Under the pieces are notes generated by a model, which saw only the letters and a program-made list of their open reading frames with translations, did no database searches and was not told the origin of the DNA. Below, in pieces: positions 9,661 through 19,143 of a stretch of 42,123 nt of DNA. The stretch is taken from sequence record DRR723986_51470, one strand, 5' to 3'. Position numbers and translations under genes: made by a program. How positions within the stretch are numbered: the first letter of the stretch is position 1; every line of letters begins with the position of its first letter.

Positions 9661-11571
9661 ATGAGTAAAATAATAGGAATCGACTTAGGAACAACTAACT
9701 CATGTGTTTCTGTAATGGAAGGGAATGAACCCGTTGTAATTACAAACGCAGAGGGTAAAAGAACGACACCTTCTATTGTTGCCTTTGTTGAAGGAGGAGA
9801 AAGAAAAGTAGGAGATCCTGCAAAGCGTCAGGCAATTACAAACCCAACAAAAACGATTTATTCAATTAAGCGTTTCATGGGTACCTCTTTTGATAAAGTT
9901 TCGAAAGAAGTTGATCGTGTTCCTTATGAAGTGGTAAAAGGAGACAATAATACTCCTAGAGTAAAAATTGATGATAAACTATATACGCCTCAAGAAATTT
10001 CAGCAATGATTCTTCAAAAAATGAAGAAGACTGCTGAGGATTACTTAGGGCAAAAAGTAACGGAAGCAGTAATTACAGTTCCGGCATATTTTAACGATTC
10101 TCAAAGACAAGCTACTAAAGAGGCTGGTGAAATTGCAGGTCTATCTGTAAAGAGAATTATCAATGAGCCGACTGCCGCAGCTTTAGCTTACGGACTGGAT
10201 AAGAAAACAACTGAACAAAAAATAATCGTTTTTGATTTCGGTGGAGGAACTCATGACGTTTCTGTTCTAGAATTAGGAGACGGTGTGTTTGAAGTATTGT
10301 CAACGGATGGAGACACACACTTAGGTGGTGATGATGTTGATGATAAAATCATAAACTGGTTGGCTGACGAATTTAAAAAAGACGAAGGAATTGATTTGAA
10401 GCAAGATCCAATGGCCCTTCAACGTCTTAAAGAGGCTGCTGAAAAAGCTAAAATTGAATTGTCTTCAACGACTTCAACTGAAATTAACTTGCCATATATC
10501 ATGCCAGTTGATGGAATTCCAAAACACTTGGTAAGAACATTGTCTAGAGCAGTATTTGAGCAATTAATTGCGGATTTAGTTGAACGTACAATTGAGCCTT
10601 GTAAAACAGCTTTAAAGAATGCCGGTTTATCAACTTCAGATATTGATGAGGTTATTTTAGTAGGTGGATCAACGAGAATTCCTGCAATTCAAGAAGCAGT
10701 TAATAAATTCTTCGGCAAAGAACCTTCTAAAGGTGTGAATCCGGATGAGGTAGTAGCAGTTGGTGCAGCAATTCAAGGTGGTGTATTAACGGGAGAGGTA
10801 AAAGACGTTCTTTTATTAGATGTTACTCCACTTTCATTAGGGATTGAAACCATGGGTGGCGTAATGACGAGATTAATTGAGTCAAATACTACCATTCCAA
10901 CTAAGAAATCGGAGACTTTCTCAACAGCTGCTGATAATCAGCCTGCAGTAGATATCCATGTTTTACAAGGTGAAAGACCAATGGCAGCGGATAACAAGAC
11001 TTTAGGAAGATTTCAATTAGCTGACATTCCGCCAGCAAGAAGAGGGGAGCCACAAATTGAAGTGACTTTCGATATTGATGCTAACGGAATCATGAGTATT
11101 TCTGCAAAGGATAAGGCTACTGGTAAAGAGCAATCTATTAAGATTGAAGCTTCATCAGGTTTATCTGAAGAAGAAATAGCTAAGATGAAAGCAGAAGCAG
11201 AAGCAAATGCTGATGCGGATAAAAAGAAAAAAGAAGAAGTAGATAAGTTAAATGGTGCTGACGCATTGATTTTCCAAACAGAAAAACAATTGAGTGAGTA
11301 TGGAGATAAAATTCCTGCTGACAAAAAAGAACCAATTGAAACTGCTTTGGCAGAATTGAAAACAGCGCACGAAGCGAAAGATTTTGCTTCAATTGATTCA
11401 GCAATGGAGAAACTGAATACAGTTTTCCAAGCAGCTTCACAAGAGATGTATGCTCAAGGTGATGCTGGTGCTGCAGATGCTCAACCAACTGGTGACGCAT
11501 CAGAAGCAACGCAAGATACTCAAGATGCAGAAGATGTTGATTTTGAAGAAGTAGAAGAGGAGAAAGAGTAA
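9661..11571 (+). CDS. dnaK: Molecular chaperone DnaK (Hsp70)
   Basis: [46 protein letters not shown], acidic tail [10 protein letters not shown]. Confidence 0.99.
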   Translation: MSKIIGIDLGTTNSCVSVMEGNEPVVITNAEGKRTTPSIVAFVEGGERKVGDPAKRQAITNPTKTIYSIKRFMGTSFDKVSKEVDRVPYEVVKGDNNTPRVKIDDKLYTPQEISAMILQKMKKTAEDYLGQKVTEAVITVPAYFNDSQRQATKEAGEIAGLSVKRIINEPTAAALAYGLDKKTTEQKIIVFDFGGGTHDVSVLELGDGVFEVLSTDGDTHLGGDDVDDKIINWLADEFKKDEGIDLKQDPMALQRLKEAAEKAKIELSSTTSTEINLPYIMPVDGIPKHLVRTLSRAVFEQLIADLVERTIEPCKTALKNAGLSTSDIDEVILVGGSTRIPAIQEAVNKFFGKEPSKGVNPDEVVAVGAAIQGGVLTGEVKDVLLLDVTPLSLGIETMGGVMTRLIESNTTIPTKKSETFSTAADNQPAVDIHVLQGERPMAADNKTLGRFQLADIPPARRGEPQIEVTFDIDANGIMSISAKDKATGKEQSIKIEASSGLSEEEIAKMKAEAEANADADKKKKEEVDKLNGADALIFQTEKQLSEYGDKIPADKKEPIETALAELKTAHEAKDFASIDSAMEKLNTVFQAASQEMYAQGDAGAADAQPTGDASEATQDTQDAEDVDFEEVEEEKE

Positions 11572-11592
11572 TCTTATATTTTCAGTTAATTT

Positions 11593-11635
11593 AACCGCCT
11601 TATCTCAATTTATTGGGGTAAGGCGGTTTTTTTTT
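11593..11635 (+). terminator. Rho-independent terminator of dnaK
   Basis: AACCGCCTTATCTCAA-TTTA-TTGGGGTAAGGCGGTT stem (two G:U pairs) running into a T tract, 21 nt after the stop. Confidence 0.9.
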
Positions 11636-11642
11636 AGTAGTT

Positions 11643-11942
11643 ATGATTGGAATAATAGTAATTGGTTTATTGCTAATTTGGGTATATCGATTTGCTATTC
11701 AATATCAGCAAAACGGATGACTGTGGGTGGTATTTACGATAATCGCCTATTTGATAGGGAATTTCGGATTTCAGCTTGTTGCTCAATTCAATTTCAGCTT
11801 CTTACTTGATGAAGAATGGGAGCGATTGGCTTATCCTATGTTTTCAGGATGGTTTATGGTCGGAATAATACTATTGGCGTTGAGAATATCAGCTAGAAAA
11901 AAGAAAAATTCTGATGAAGATTTGACTTTAGATGATGTTTAA
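11643..11942 (+). pseudogene. Small membrane protein gene interrupted by in-frame TGA at 11718-11720
   Basis: ATG 11643 reads MIGIIVIGLLLIWVYRFAIQYQQNG*LWVVFTIIAYLIG..., in frame with the 11727-11942 ORF. Confidence 0.6.
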
Positions 11943-12257
11943 GTTATAATGATCTATATACCAAATAATCACAAAAACACTGATCACTAATGAAACCAAC
12001 CACATAAACATATTTAACTTTTTTGTGTGTTTGTAGGTTTCTTTAAAAAAGGCAGAAGGGTCAGTAACATGAAAATCTGCAGGTGGAAAAATCATCATCA
12101 TTGCTCCCAGGCAAGTAACGGCTATTCCGGTCATCATGAGTTTAGGAAACCAGTAATCTGAAACTTGCATTGCAATAATGTTAATCCCCATCAAAAGAAG
12201 ACCAGCGATTAATAATCCTACTGGTAAAGCTCTCGAAGAATTTGGTTCCCAAGCCAT
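11928..12257 (-). CDS. Small hypothetical membrane protein (about 3 TM helices)
   Basis: 109-aa hydrophobic ORF starting 1 nt after the upstream gene's stop. Confidence 0.7.
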   Translation of the reverse strand: MAWEPNSSRALPVGLLIAGLLLMGINIIAMQVSDYWFPKLMMTGIAVTCLGAMMMIFPPADFHVTDPSAFFKETYKHTKKLNMFMWLVSLVISVFVIIWYIDHYNLNII

Positions 12258-12258
12258 A

Positions 12259-12552
12259 TTATCTATCTAATCGTTTTTCTTCAAAGGTTACATCTGCATT
12301 TTTTCGATAATGTATACGGTAATAAACCAAGCATTCGTCAGCCCCAGCATCAATTACGGCCTGTTCCGCATTTTTAGCAATATCCATCAATTCGTCATAG
12401 TGCCCTTCCATGACAGTTTCGAACGGAGTTATTTGATGTTTAATTCCTGATTTTTGTATAACCTCAATGGCATGATCTACCAAATCATAGGTTTTATGTT
12501 TAGTCGATTTAGGAACAATTTGGATGCCCAATGATACAATGTGATTCGTCAT
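12259..12552 (-). CDS. Thiamine-binding protein family (MTH1187/DUF77)
   Basis: VDHAIEVIQKSGIKHQITPFETVMEGHYDEL; 97 aa. Confidence 0.88.
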   Translation of the reverse strand: MTNHIVSLGIQIVPKSTKHKTYDLVDHAIEVIQKSGIKHQITPFETVMEGHYDELMDIAKNAEQAVIDAGADECLVYYRIHYRKNADVTFEEKRLDR

Positions 12553-12568
12553 AAAGTCAAAAATAAGA

Positions 12569-13654
12569 TTAAAAATCTAATCTTAATTGATTTGAGGAAG
12601 GCTGCTTTGCTTCGGGTTCTTTTAGTTCAAAATTGGTCATGCTGATGCCCAATAAACGCACCGATTTTTTATGATTTTCTTGATGGTACAATTCAGTTGC
12701 GATTTTAGACAACTCTTCTTTTTTACAGATTAATCGTTCAAAGGTCTTACTCCGAGTAATTTGTTGGAAATCAGAATATTTTATTTTTACTGTCAGTGTT
12801 CTGGCTTTTGTTTGTGATTGTTGCATTCTTTTTTCAAGAATTTGAGCAATTTTTTCAAAGGCCTCATTGATTTCATGTGGCCTTGAGATATTTGTTGAAT
12901 AGGTGCGTTCTGCTGCGATTGATTTACGTTCTCTATGCGGTTTAACTTTTGAATGCTGAATTCCCCTAACAATATTGTAATAGTGTTGGCCCGATTTACC
13001 AAAATTGGCATTTAAAAACGCTAAACTCTGCTGTTTTAATTGATGTCCGTTGAAGATTCCCCAATTATGCATTTTTTGGGCGGTGACTTTTCCGATTCCA
13101 AAAAACTTATTAATGGGAAGCTGTTCCAAAAATTTCTCAACTTCATGCGGTTTAATGGTTTTCTGGCCGTTAGGTTTGTTGATATCGCTTGCAACTTTTG
13201 CGGTAAACTTATTGATAGATATTCCTGCAGATGCAGTAAGTCCAGTTTCTTGAAAAATGCGTTCGCGAATTTCAAATGCAATTTCAGTAGCTGATGAATG
13301 ACCATGAATATTTTCAGTTACGTCTAGAAAGGCTTCATCAAATGCAAGAGGCTCTACGAGATCGGTATATTCATAAAATATTGATCTGATTTGCTGTGAA
13401 ATTTCTTTGTATCTATCGAACCTTGGAGGAACAAATATCAGTTCGGGACATTTCCTTTTGGCCATTGCGCCTGACATGGCCGATTTTACACCAAATTTTC
13501 TAGCTTCATAACTTGCCGCTGAAATGACCCCTCTAATTTCATTTCCACCAACTGCAAGAGGTTTACCTCTAAGTTTGGGATTATCCAGAGCTTCAACAGA
13601 TGCGTAAAAAGCATCCATATCCACGTGAATTATTTTACGGTATACGGCTTCCAT
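12569..13654 (-). CDS. dinB: DNA polymerase IV (Y-family)
   Basis: IIHVDMDAFYASVE, AASYEARKFGVKSAM, EPLAFDEAFLD, AKVASDINKPNG; C-terminal clamp-binding motif QLRLDF. Confidence 0.98.
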   Translation of the reverse strand: MEAVYRKIIHVDMDAFYASVEALDNPKLRGKPLAVGGNEIRGVISAASYEARKFGVKSAMSGAMAKRKCPELIFVPPRFDRYKEISQQIRSIFYEYTDLVEPLAFDEAFLDVTENIHGHSSATEIAFEIRERIFQETGLTASAGISINKFTAKVASDINKPNGQKTIKPHEVEKFLEQLPINKFFGIGKVTAQKMHNWGIFNGHQLKQQSLAFLNANFGKSGQHYYNIVRGIQHSKVKPHRERKSIAAERTYSTNISRPHEINEAFEKIAQILEKRMQQSQTKARTLTVKIKYSDFQQITRSKTFERLICKKEELSKIATELYHQENHKKSVRLLGISMTNFELKEPEAKQPSSNQLRLDF

Positions 13655-13655
13655 A

Positions 13656-13715
13656 AACTTGTTTCGAAGTTAAGAATTCCGTTGGCAGTAAGAAAACTTA
13701 AATCCGAAACAAGTT
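13656..13715. repeat. Long imperfect inverted repeat immediately upstream of dinB
   Basis: AACTTGTTTCG (13656-13666) and CGAAACAAGTT (13705-13715) are perfect 11-bp arms; 9 of the next 13 positions also pair. Confidence 0.75.
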
Positions 13716-13743
13716 GAATTAGTTGTAGGTGAGGATTTGGGTT

Positions 13744-14103
13744 CTATAAATCCGCTAATTGTGGCCCTCGATCAAAATAACGAGAAGACTGATTTGGGTA
13801 GAATTGACTTAATACTAAATTTTGATCGGTTGATTCGAACCTGTATTTAGTGGTTGAAGCTTGATCACCGTACCATTTAATGATTACTAATAAGTCACTG
13901 CCTTTCTCATAGTAATAATGACCTTCAGAAATTGATACTTGATCGTTTTCATCAACTTCATGAATAATAACGATACCATCATCTCTGAACTTCAAGGTTT
14001 GAGTTGTTTCGTTGTCTCCTTCGAACCATACTCCTTCTAATTTTTCTTGTGCTGTAATGCTGATTGTGGCAAGTGCCAAAAGAATTGTACTGATTGTTTT
14101 CAT
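13744..14103 (-). CDS. Small exported hypothetical protein (beta-rich)
   Basis: ATG 14103 gives signal peptide MKTISTILLALATISITAQ, then LEGVW. Confidence 0.75.
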   Translation of the reverse strand: MKTISTILLALATISITAQEKLEGVWFEGDNETTQTLKFRDDGIVIIHEVDENDQVSISEGHYYYEKGSDLLVIIKWYGDQASTTKYRFESTDQNLVLSQFYPNQSSRYFDRGPQLADL

Positions 14104-14339
14104 GTCTGTGAGTTTGAATTGGTTTCCATATAAGCTACGAAACAATTTAACATGAAACAAATGTTTTTTTGTTAATAAGTACCTAATCTAAAAGGTTTAA
14201 ATGGTGTAAAAGTCTTGAGTAAAACGGTTTAGGAAGAGTTGTTGATAAGTTATGCAGGCATAGTAAAAAAAATATTCAGACCATTTTTACAATAGAAAAA
14301 GTTGCTGTTCAAAGAAAGACGAATGTTTTTAATCTGGGT

Positions 14340-15704
14340 TTAAATTGTCATTGAAAAAACCCTTGTTTTAGGTTTGTTTCTTAGCAGCCTTAAATCAAAT
14401 GCCATACAGATATTTCTTACAAAGGGTCTTGCTCCCTCCGGAAGTTTTAATCCTTCAGAAGAAATTTCAACCAGGCCATCTTTTTCCATTTCTTTTAAAT
14501 ACTCAAGGCAATTCTCAAGCTCTGGAAATTTTAAGCGATCTTCTTTCCAAGATGTTTCAAAGTGGCACATGATGTTTAGGATATGTTCGCGAATAACTAA
14601 ATCTTCTTCATTCAATAAATGGCCTCTGAGTAAAGGAATCTCACCCTTGTTTACAATTTCCTGATATTCCTCAACTGTTTTCACATTTTGAGCAAAGCTA
14701 TACCAAGAGTCAGAAATTGACGACATTCCTAAACCTATCATCAATTTGGTTTTACCCGCCGTATACCCCATGAAATTTCTGTGCAACGATTTTTTTACCA
14801 TTGCTTCATGCATATTATCCGATTTTAAAGCAAAATGATCCATTCCAATTTCAACGTATCCCAATTCATCCAGCATTCTTTTGCCTGTTTCATAAAGTAC
14901 ACGTTTTTCATCAGCCGAGGGTAAGTCTTTTTCATTATAACCCCTTTGGCCGTTTCCCTTTATCCATGGAACATGAGCGTAAGAATAAAATGCGATTCTG
15001 TCAGGCTTTAAAGCTCTTGTTTTTTCAATGGTGTCAATGATACTTTCTTTCGTTTGATGAGGTAATCCAAAAACTAAATCATGACTCACAGAGGTGTACC
15101 CAATTTGCCTCGATAAGTCCGTTACCGTTTTAACTTTTTCAAACGGTTGAATTCTTTTGATTGTATTTTGAACTTTAGGGTCGTAATCCTGAACTCCAAA
15201 ACTGTTTCTTCTAAATCCTAAATCAAAAAGAGTTTTTAAATGTTCCTCAGTGGTATTGTTTGGATGTCCTTCAAAAGAGAACTCGTACTCATCACATAGT
15301 TCTGCTTTAGCCATGATTCCATTTATTAGTTTTGAAAGACTCGTTGCACTAAAGAAAGTTGGAGTTCCTCCTCCCAAATGAATTTCTTTTATTCTAGGAC
15401 GTTCTGGAAGTAACTCACAGTAAAGATTCCACTCTTTTAAAACGGTGTCTATATAGGGCTCTTCAACATCATGACGTTTTGTGATTCGTTTATGACATCC
15501 GCAAAAGGTGCACAAATTTTCGCAAAAAGGTAAATGAATATAGATGCTAATGCCTTCCTCTGAATTACTTTCTTTGAAGGCCTGAATCATTGTTCTTTTC
15601 CAATCATCTAAGGCTATACCATCTTCATTCCAATACGGAACAGTAGGATAAGATGTATATCTCGGTCCTGGTATATTATATTTTTGAATTAAATCTTGAC
15701 GCAT
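14340..15704 (-). CDS. hemN: Oxygen-independent coproporphyrinogen III oxidase
   Basis: GPRYTSYPT, YIHLPFCENLCTFCGC radical SAM motif, GGGTPT, IGMDHFA, HRNFMGYT. Confidence 0.97.
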   Translation of the reverse strand: MRQDLIQKYNIPGPRYTSYPTVPYWNEDGIALDDWKRTMIQAFKESNSEEGISIYIHLPFCENLCTFCGCHKRITKRHDVEEPYIDTVLKEWNLYCELLPERPRIKEIHLGGGTPTFFSATSLSKLINGIMAKAELCDEYEFSFEGHPNNTTEEHLKTLFDLGFRRNSFGVQDYDPKVQNTIKRIQPFEKVKTVTDLSRQIGYTSVSHDLVFGLPHQTKESIIDTIEKTRALKPDRIAFYSYAHVPWIKGNGQRGYNEKDLPSADEKRVLYETGKRMLDELGYVEIGMDHFALKSDNMHEAMVKKSLHRNFMGYTAGKTKLMIGLGMSSISDSWYSFAQNVKTVEEYQEIVNKGEIPLLRGHLLNEEDLVIREHILNIMCHFETSWKEDRLKFPELENCLEYLKEMEKDGLVEISSEGLKLPEGARPFVRNICMAFDLRLLRNKPKTRVFSMTI

Positions 15705-16150
15705 TACACGTTATCCTCTGCAAACCACTCTGCACAGCTTGTGCTCGTTTCTTGTAGTTTAGCATACTTCAATTCAATATGACCTGGTAATTTATTGAGG
15801 ATTTTTTCGACCATATCAATTAGCATGTTTTCGCAAGTTGGTTGAAAGTCAGTTAACCAAACTTTTTTAAATGCTGTTTCTACATCAGCATACCCGGCGT
15901 GTGGCGTGTTTTTACGTACAAGCAGGCAATGATCATAAACATCTACAATTTCCGGTTTAACAATATCCTTCAACTCTCCAAAATCCATGATCATTCCAAA
16001 TTTAGGATGATTAGGATCTTTGATTATATCGCCAGAAATGGATACAGTTAAAATATAAGAGTGGCCATGAATGTTAGCGCATTTACCATCATATCCCCAT
16101 AAAGCATGGGCTGTTTCAAACGTAAAGGTTTTAGAAACTCTCAATTTCAT
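15704..16150 (-). CDS. queD: 6-carboxytetrahydropterin synthase (PTPS/QueD family)
   Basis: FETAHAL, CANIHGHSY, MDFGELK, DH, PTCEN, LQET. Confidence 0.88.
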   Translation of the reverse strand: MKLRVSKTFTFETAHALWGYDGKCANIHGHSYILTVSISGDIIKDPNHPKFGMIMDFGELKDIVKPEIVDVYDHCLLVRKNTPHAGYADVETAFKKVWLTDFQPTCENMLIDMVEKILNKLPGHIELKYAKLQETSTSCAEWFAEDNV

Positions 16151-16151
16151 C

Positions 16152-17084
16152 TTAGAAGTTTTCAGCAGGCGCTGTATCAGAAAAATCTAAAATTTCGAAA
16201 TCAAAAACTAAAATAGAATTCCCTGGAATATTAATGTTTCCTTCTCTATCAAATTGATCGTTCGGACCATAACCCATGTATGGAGGAATAATTAAGGTTC
16301 CTGATCCACCTTTTCCAAAATAAGGAATTCCTTCTTGCCATCCTGGTATTGTTCTTCCCAGAGTAAAAGGGAAAGTTGTTGGTGTACCGCCAGTACCGTC
16401 AAATTTATCACCGTTCGTTAAATATCCTTCATAATTTAATGTTAAATAAGATTGAAGGGTAGGCTTTTCATCCGAACCAGCATGTTCAACTTTAACATAT
16501 AAACCAGTTTCAGTTTTTTCAAATCCGCTCAATTTTTTTGATTTGATGTACTCATCAATTTCAGGTGAATAATCAACTGAACGATCAAGCTCAGGAGCAG
16601 GTGGCATAGGAGGAGTAGGACTAAAGTCAACTATTTCAATATCAAAAATTGTCACTGAATTTGCTGGAATTGGTCCATTTGCCTCAGAACCGTATCCTAA
16701 ATCTGGAGGTAATATTAGGGTTCCCTTTCCGCCTTTTCCGAAATGTGGGATTCCTTCTTGCCAACCTTGAATCAATTGTTTTACTGGAACTGGGAAACTG
16801 ATTGCATTATCTCCTGATCCGTCAAATACTGTCCCATCTAATAGACGACCTTCATATTTCAGCGTTAAGAAATCTTCAGGCCCAGGTTTCATGCCTTCGC
16901 CTTCAATTTCAGTGTAGATATATAAACCACTTTTTTCTCTCTTTGGCTCCCAATCTTGGTCTTCTAAATAAGCAGAAATTTCCTTGTCATACTTTGTTTC
17001 AACATAGTCTAATTTATCTGATTCTTCTGATCCACCACAAGCCAGAAATGCGAATGCCGGAATAAATAAAAGTATTTTTTTCAT
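16152..17084 (-). CDS. Lipoprotein with two FKBP-type peptidyl-prolyl isomerase domains
   Basis: Lipobox FLAC; two repeats of YEGxLxxGxxFD...IxGWQEGIP...GTLIxPPxxGYG...IPxNS joined by a Pro-rich linker. Confidence 0.92.
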   Translation of the reverse strand: MKKILLFIPAFAFLACGGSEESDKLDYVETKYDKEISAYLEDQDWEPKREKSGLYIYTEIEGEGMKPGPEDFLTLKYEGRLLDGTVFDGSGDNAISFPVPVKQLIQGWQEGIPHFGKGGKGTLILPPDLGYGSEANGPIPANSVTIFDIEIVDFSPTPPMPPAPELDRSVDYSPEIDEYIKSKKLSGFEKTETGLYVKVEHAGSDEKPTLQSYLTLNYEGYLTNGDKFDGTGGTPTTFPFTLGRTIPGWQEGIPYFGKGGSGTLIIPPYMGYGPNDQFDREGNINIPGNSILVFDFEILDFSDTAPAENF

Positions 17085-17106
17085 TTTGCTTTTTTAGATT
17101 TGACAA

Positions 17107-17114
17107 CAAAGATA
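17107..17114 (-). promoter_or_regulatory. -7 promoter element for fkbp-queD-hemN
   Basis: Minus strand TATCTTTG, 22 nt upstream of the ATG. Confidence 0.6.
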
Positions 17115-17150
17115 AAATGAATTGGGAGATTGCGCGTTCGAAAAAGAAAA

Positions 17151-17186
17151 ATGATATTTCTCATTTTTTACGCCGTCAAATATCAT
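17151..17186 (+). promoter_or_regulatory. Crp/Fnr-type operator plus proximal half-site upstream of usp
   Basis: ATGATATTTCTCAT (17151-17164) and ATCAT ending 17186; AATATTTG -7-like element ends 17216. Confidence 0.65.
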
Positions 17187-17220
17187 AGCCATGACTTGAT
17201 CTTCTTTAAATATTTGCATC

Positions 17221-18081
17221 ATGAATAATTTAATAGATGTCAAATTTGAAGCACAAGAAATGGTAGCGAAAAGTGAATCTCAGAATTTTAACTCGGTAAT
17301 TTTGCTAACTGATTTTTCTGACGGAGCTAAAAACGCTATTCGTTATGCAATTGAGGCCTTTGGTGAAACAACGAATTATATCTTAGTTAATGCCTATTAT
17401 GCAAGGACCTCCTCTGCAACTTTATTAGATATTAATGACATTTTGGCCAAAGAATCAACTGAAGGTCTGGCCTTAGAAATCGAATGGATTAGATCAACCT
17501 ACCCGCATTTAATTTTGGATATTGACAGTAAAAGTGTTTTTGGAACACCGGTAGATGCGATTAAGCAGATGGCAAAAGACAAGAAAAATGATTTAATGGT
17601 GATGGGGACAACTGGTGCCTCAGGTCTGGATGCTGTATTATTTGGAAGTGTCGCTGAGTCAGTGATTAGAAATACAATAGTTCCAGTGTTGGCCGTTCCA
17701 AAGAATTGTGTTTATAAAGGCTTTAACCAGTTGGTTTTTGCCACAGATCTGGCATCTGATTATTCAGATGTTACTTTAGCCCCAATCCGAAAAATTCAAT
17801 CACAGTTTGGGACTCAAATTAATGTGTTTTCGGTAATTAAACCGAATCAACTTGTAGATTTAAGCCATCAGAAAATTGATTTAGATAACGTTAAATACAG
17901 TACCTCTGAAGAGGAGAATATTGTTGAGTCTGTTCATAATTATTGTTCTGAAATTCGAGCAAGTGTTTTAGCCGTGTTGCCGCAACACACGGGTTTTTTT
18001 ACTCGATTGTTCCATCACAGCATCTCGAAAGAAATAATCCTAGCGGCGAATTTACCTATCCTTGCATTAGAACAAGGCTAG
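17221..18081 (+). CDS. Universal stress protein (tandem Usp domains)
   Basis: ILLTDFSDGAKNAIRYA, DLMVMGTTGASG...FGSVAESVI, PVLAVP, FATD, FFTRLFHHSIS; start may be ATG 17260. Confidence 0.92.
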   Translation: MNNLIDVKFEAQEMVAKSESQNFNSVILLTDFSDGAKNAIRYAIEAFGETTNYILVNAYYARTSSATLLDINDILAKESTEGLALEIEWIRSTYPHLILDIDSKSVFGTPVDAIKQMAKDKKNDLMVMGTTGASGLDAVLFGSVAESVIRNTIVPVLAVPKNCVYKGFNQLVFATDLASDYSDVTLAPIRKIQSQFGTQINVFSVIKPNQLVDLSHQKIDLDNVKYSTSEEENIVESVHNYCSEIRASVLAVLPQHTGFFTRLFHHSISKEIILAANLPILALEQG

Positions 18082-19143
18082 TTAAAACTTGAAATTTCGC
18101 AATTCGTTTTCTTCTAGAATGGTAATATTAGAGCCTTTGATGGCAATATAACCGTCTGCTTTAAACTCAGATAATGTTCTGATTACTGATTCCGTTGCGG
18201 TGCCAACAATAGCTGCAAGGTCATCTCTTGAAATAGAAATACTAAAATTATCAGATGTGTCTTCTTGATATTTATCAAGAAGTTTTAGCAGGGCGTCAGC
18301 TACTCGTTTACGAACTGAATCATAGGCAAGCGTGATTAACTCTTCTTGCTGTTCAAAAACTGAACCTGCTAGCATTTTAATAAATTTCCCAGATACCTCT
18401 TTTGATGAAAAGAGTAGAGAAATGAACTCCTCACGTGGAATCAAAGTCAGCTCAGTATCTTCCATAGCAGTTGCAGATTCTTGATAAGATGTTTCTTTGA
18501 TTAACGGCATGTAACCGAAGAAATCTCCCTTGTTGTATAATCCCGTCACAAAATCTTTACCGTCAAGATTCATTTTGCTCGACTTGATTTTTCCTGAGTT
18601 AATAAAGTACAGAAAATTTGGATAATCTCCTTCTTGAAAAATACTTTGCTTTTTGGTGTACTTTTTTATTCGCTTCCCTGTTTTTAAACTTTCTAAATTT
18701 TGGATGGATGAGGCTTCTGAAATAAATTGATCAAGTCCGTTTTCATCTCTTGTAAAGTCCGAAGAAAATTGTTTGATTCGTTTTAATCTGCGTTCGACAG
18801 CATCTAACAATTGAACGTCATCAAAAGGTTTTGTTAAATAATCATCTGCACCCAAATTCATTCCTTTTCTAAAATCTTCATTTTCAGATTTAGCGGTCAA
18901 AAAGATAAAAGGGATAGCGGATGTTTTCTCGTTTTTACTGAGTACGTGAAGAACGCCATAACCATCAAGTTCTGGCATCATAATATCGCATAAAACCAAA
19001 TCAGGTAATAGGTTTTTTACGAGCTCAACTCCTTTTTTACCGTCTTCGGCACATGAAACTGAGTAGTCTGCTAATTCAAGAATCTCTTGAATATTTTCTC
19101 GCATTTCTAAATTGTCTTCAATTAATACAATGCTTTCATTCAT
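18082..19143 (-). CDS. Response regulator fused to Crp/Fnr effector and HTH domains
   Basis: REC: IEDN, LCDIMMPELDG, FLTA, KPF; cNMP-like: IFQEGD...GDFFG; HTH: SRDDLAAIVGTATESVIRTLSEFK. Confidence 0.93.
   Translation of the reverse strand: MNESIVLIEDNLEMRENIQEILELADYSVSCAEDGKKGVELVKNLLPDLVLCDIMMPELDGYGVLHVLSKNEKTSAIPFIFLTAKSENEDFRKGMNLGADDYLTKPFDDVQLLDAVERRLKRIKQFSSDFTRDENGLDQFISEASSIQNLESLKTGKRIKKYTKKQSIFQEGDYPNFLYFINSGKIKSSKMNLDGKDFVTGLYNKGDFFGYMPLIKETSYQESATAMEDTELTLIPREEFISLLFSSKEVSGKFIKMLAGSVFEQQEELITLAYDSVRKRVADALLKLLDKYQEDTSDNFSISISRDDLAAIVGTATESVIRTLSEFKADGYIAIKGSNITILEENELRNFKF

Noticed and set aside
11718-11720. Genome-wide UGA recoding or selenocysteine
   Set aside because: TGA terminates guaA at its canonical IEWE end, Trp is TGG elsewhere, and the context is not a redox motif
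14144-14159. parS-like sequence (ORF track start MFHVK; TGTTTCATGTTAAATT on minus strand)
   Set aside because: Four mismatches to TGTTTCACGTGAAACA and the palindrome is broken
14104-14339. Replication origin in this intergenic gap
   Set aside because: Only two or three degenerate boxes, no obvious DnaA-trio run, and GC skew cannot be assessed from one window
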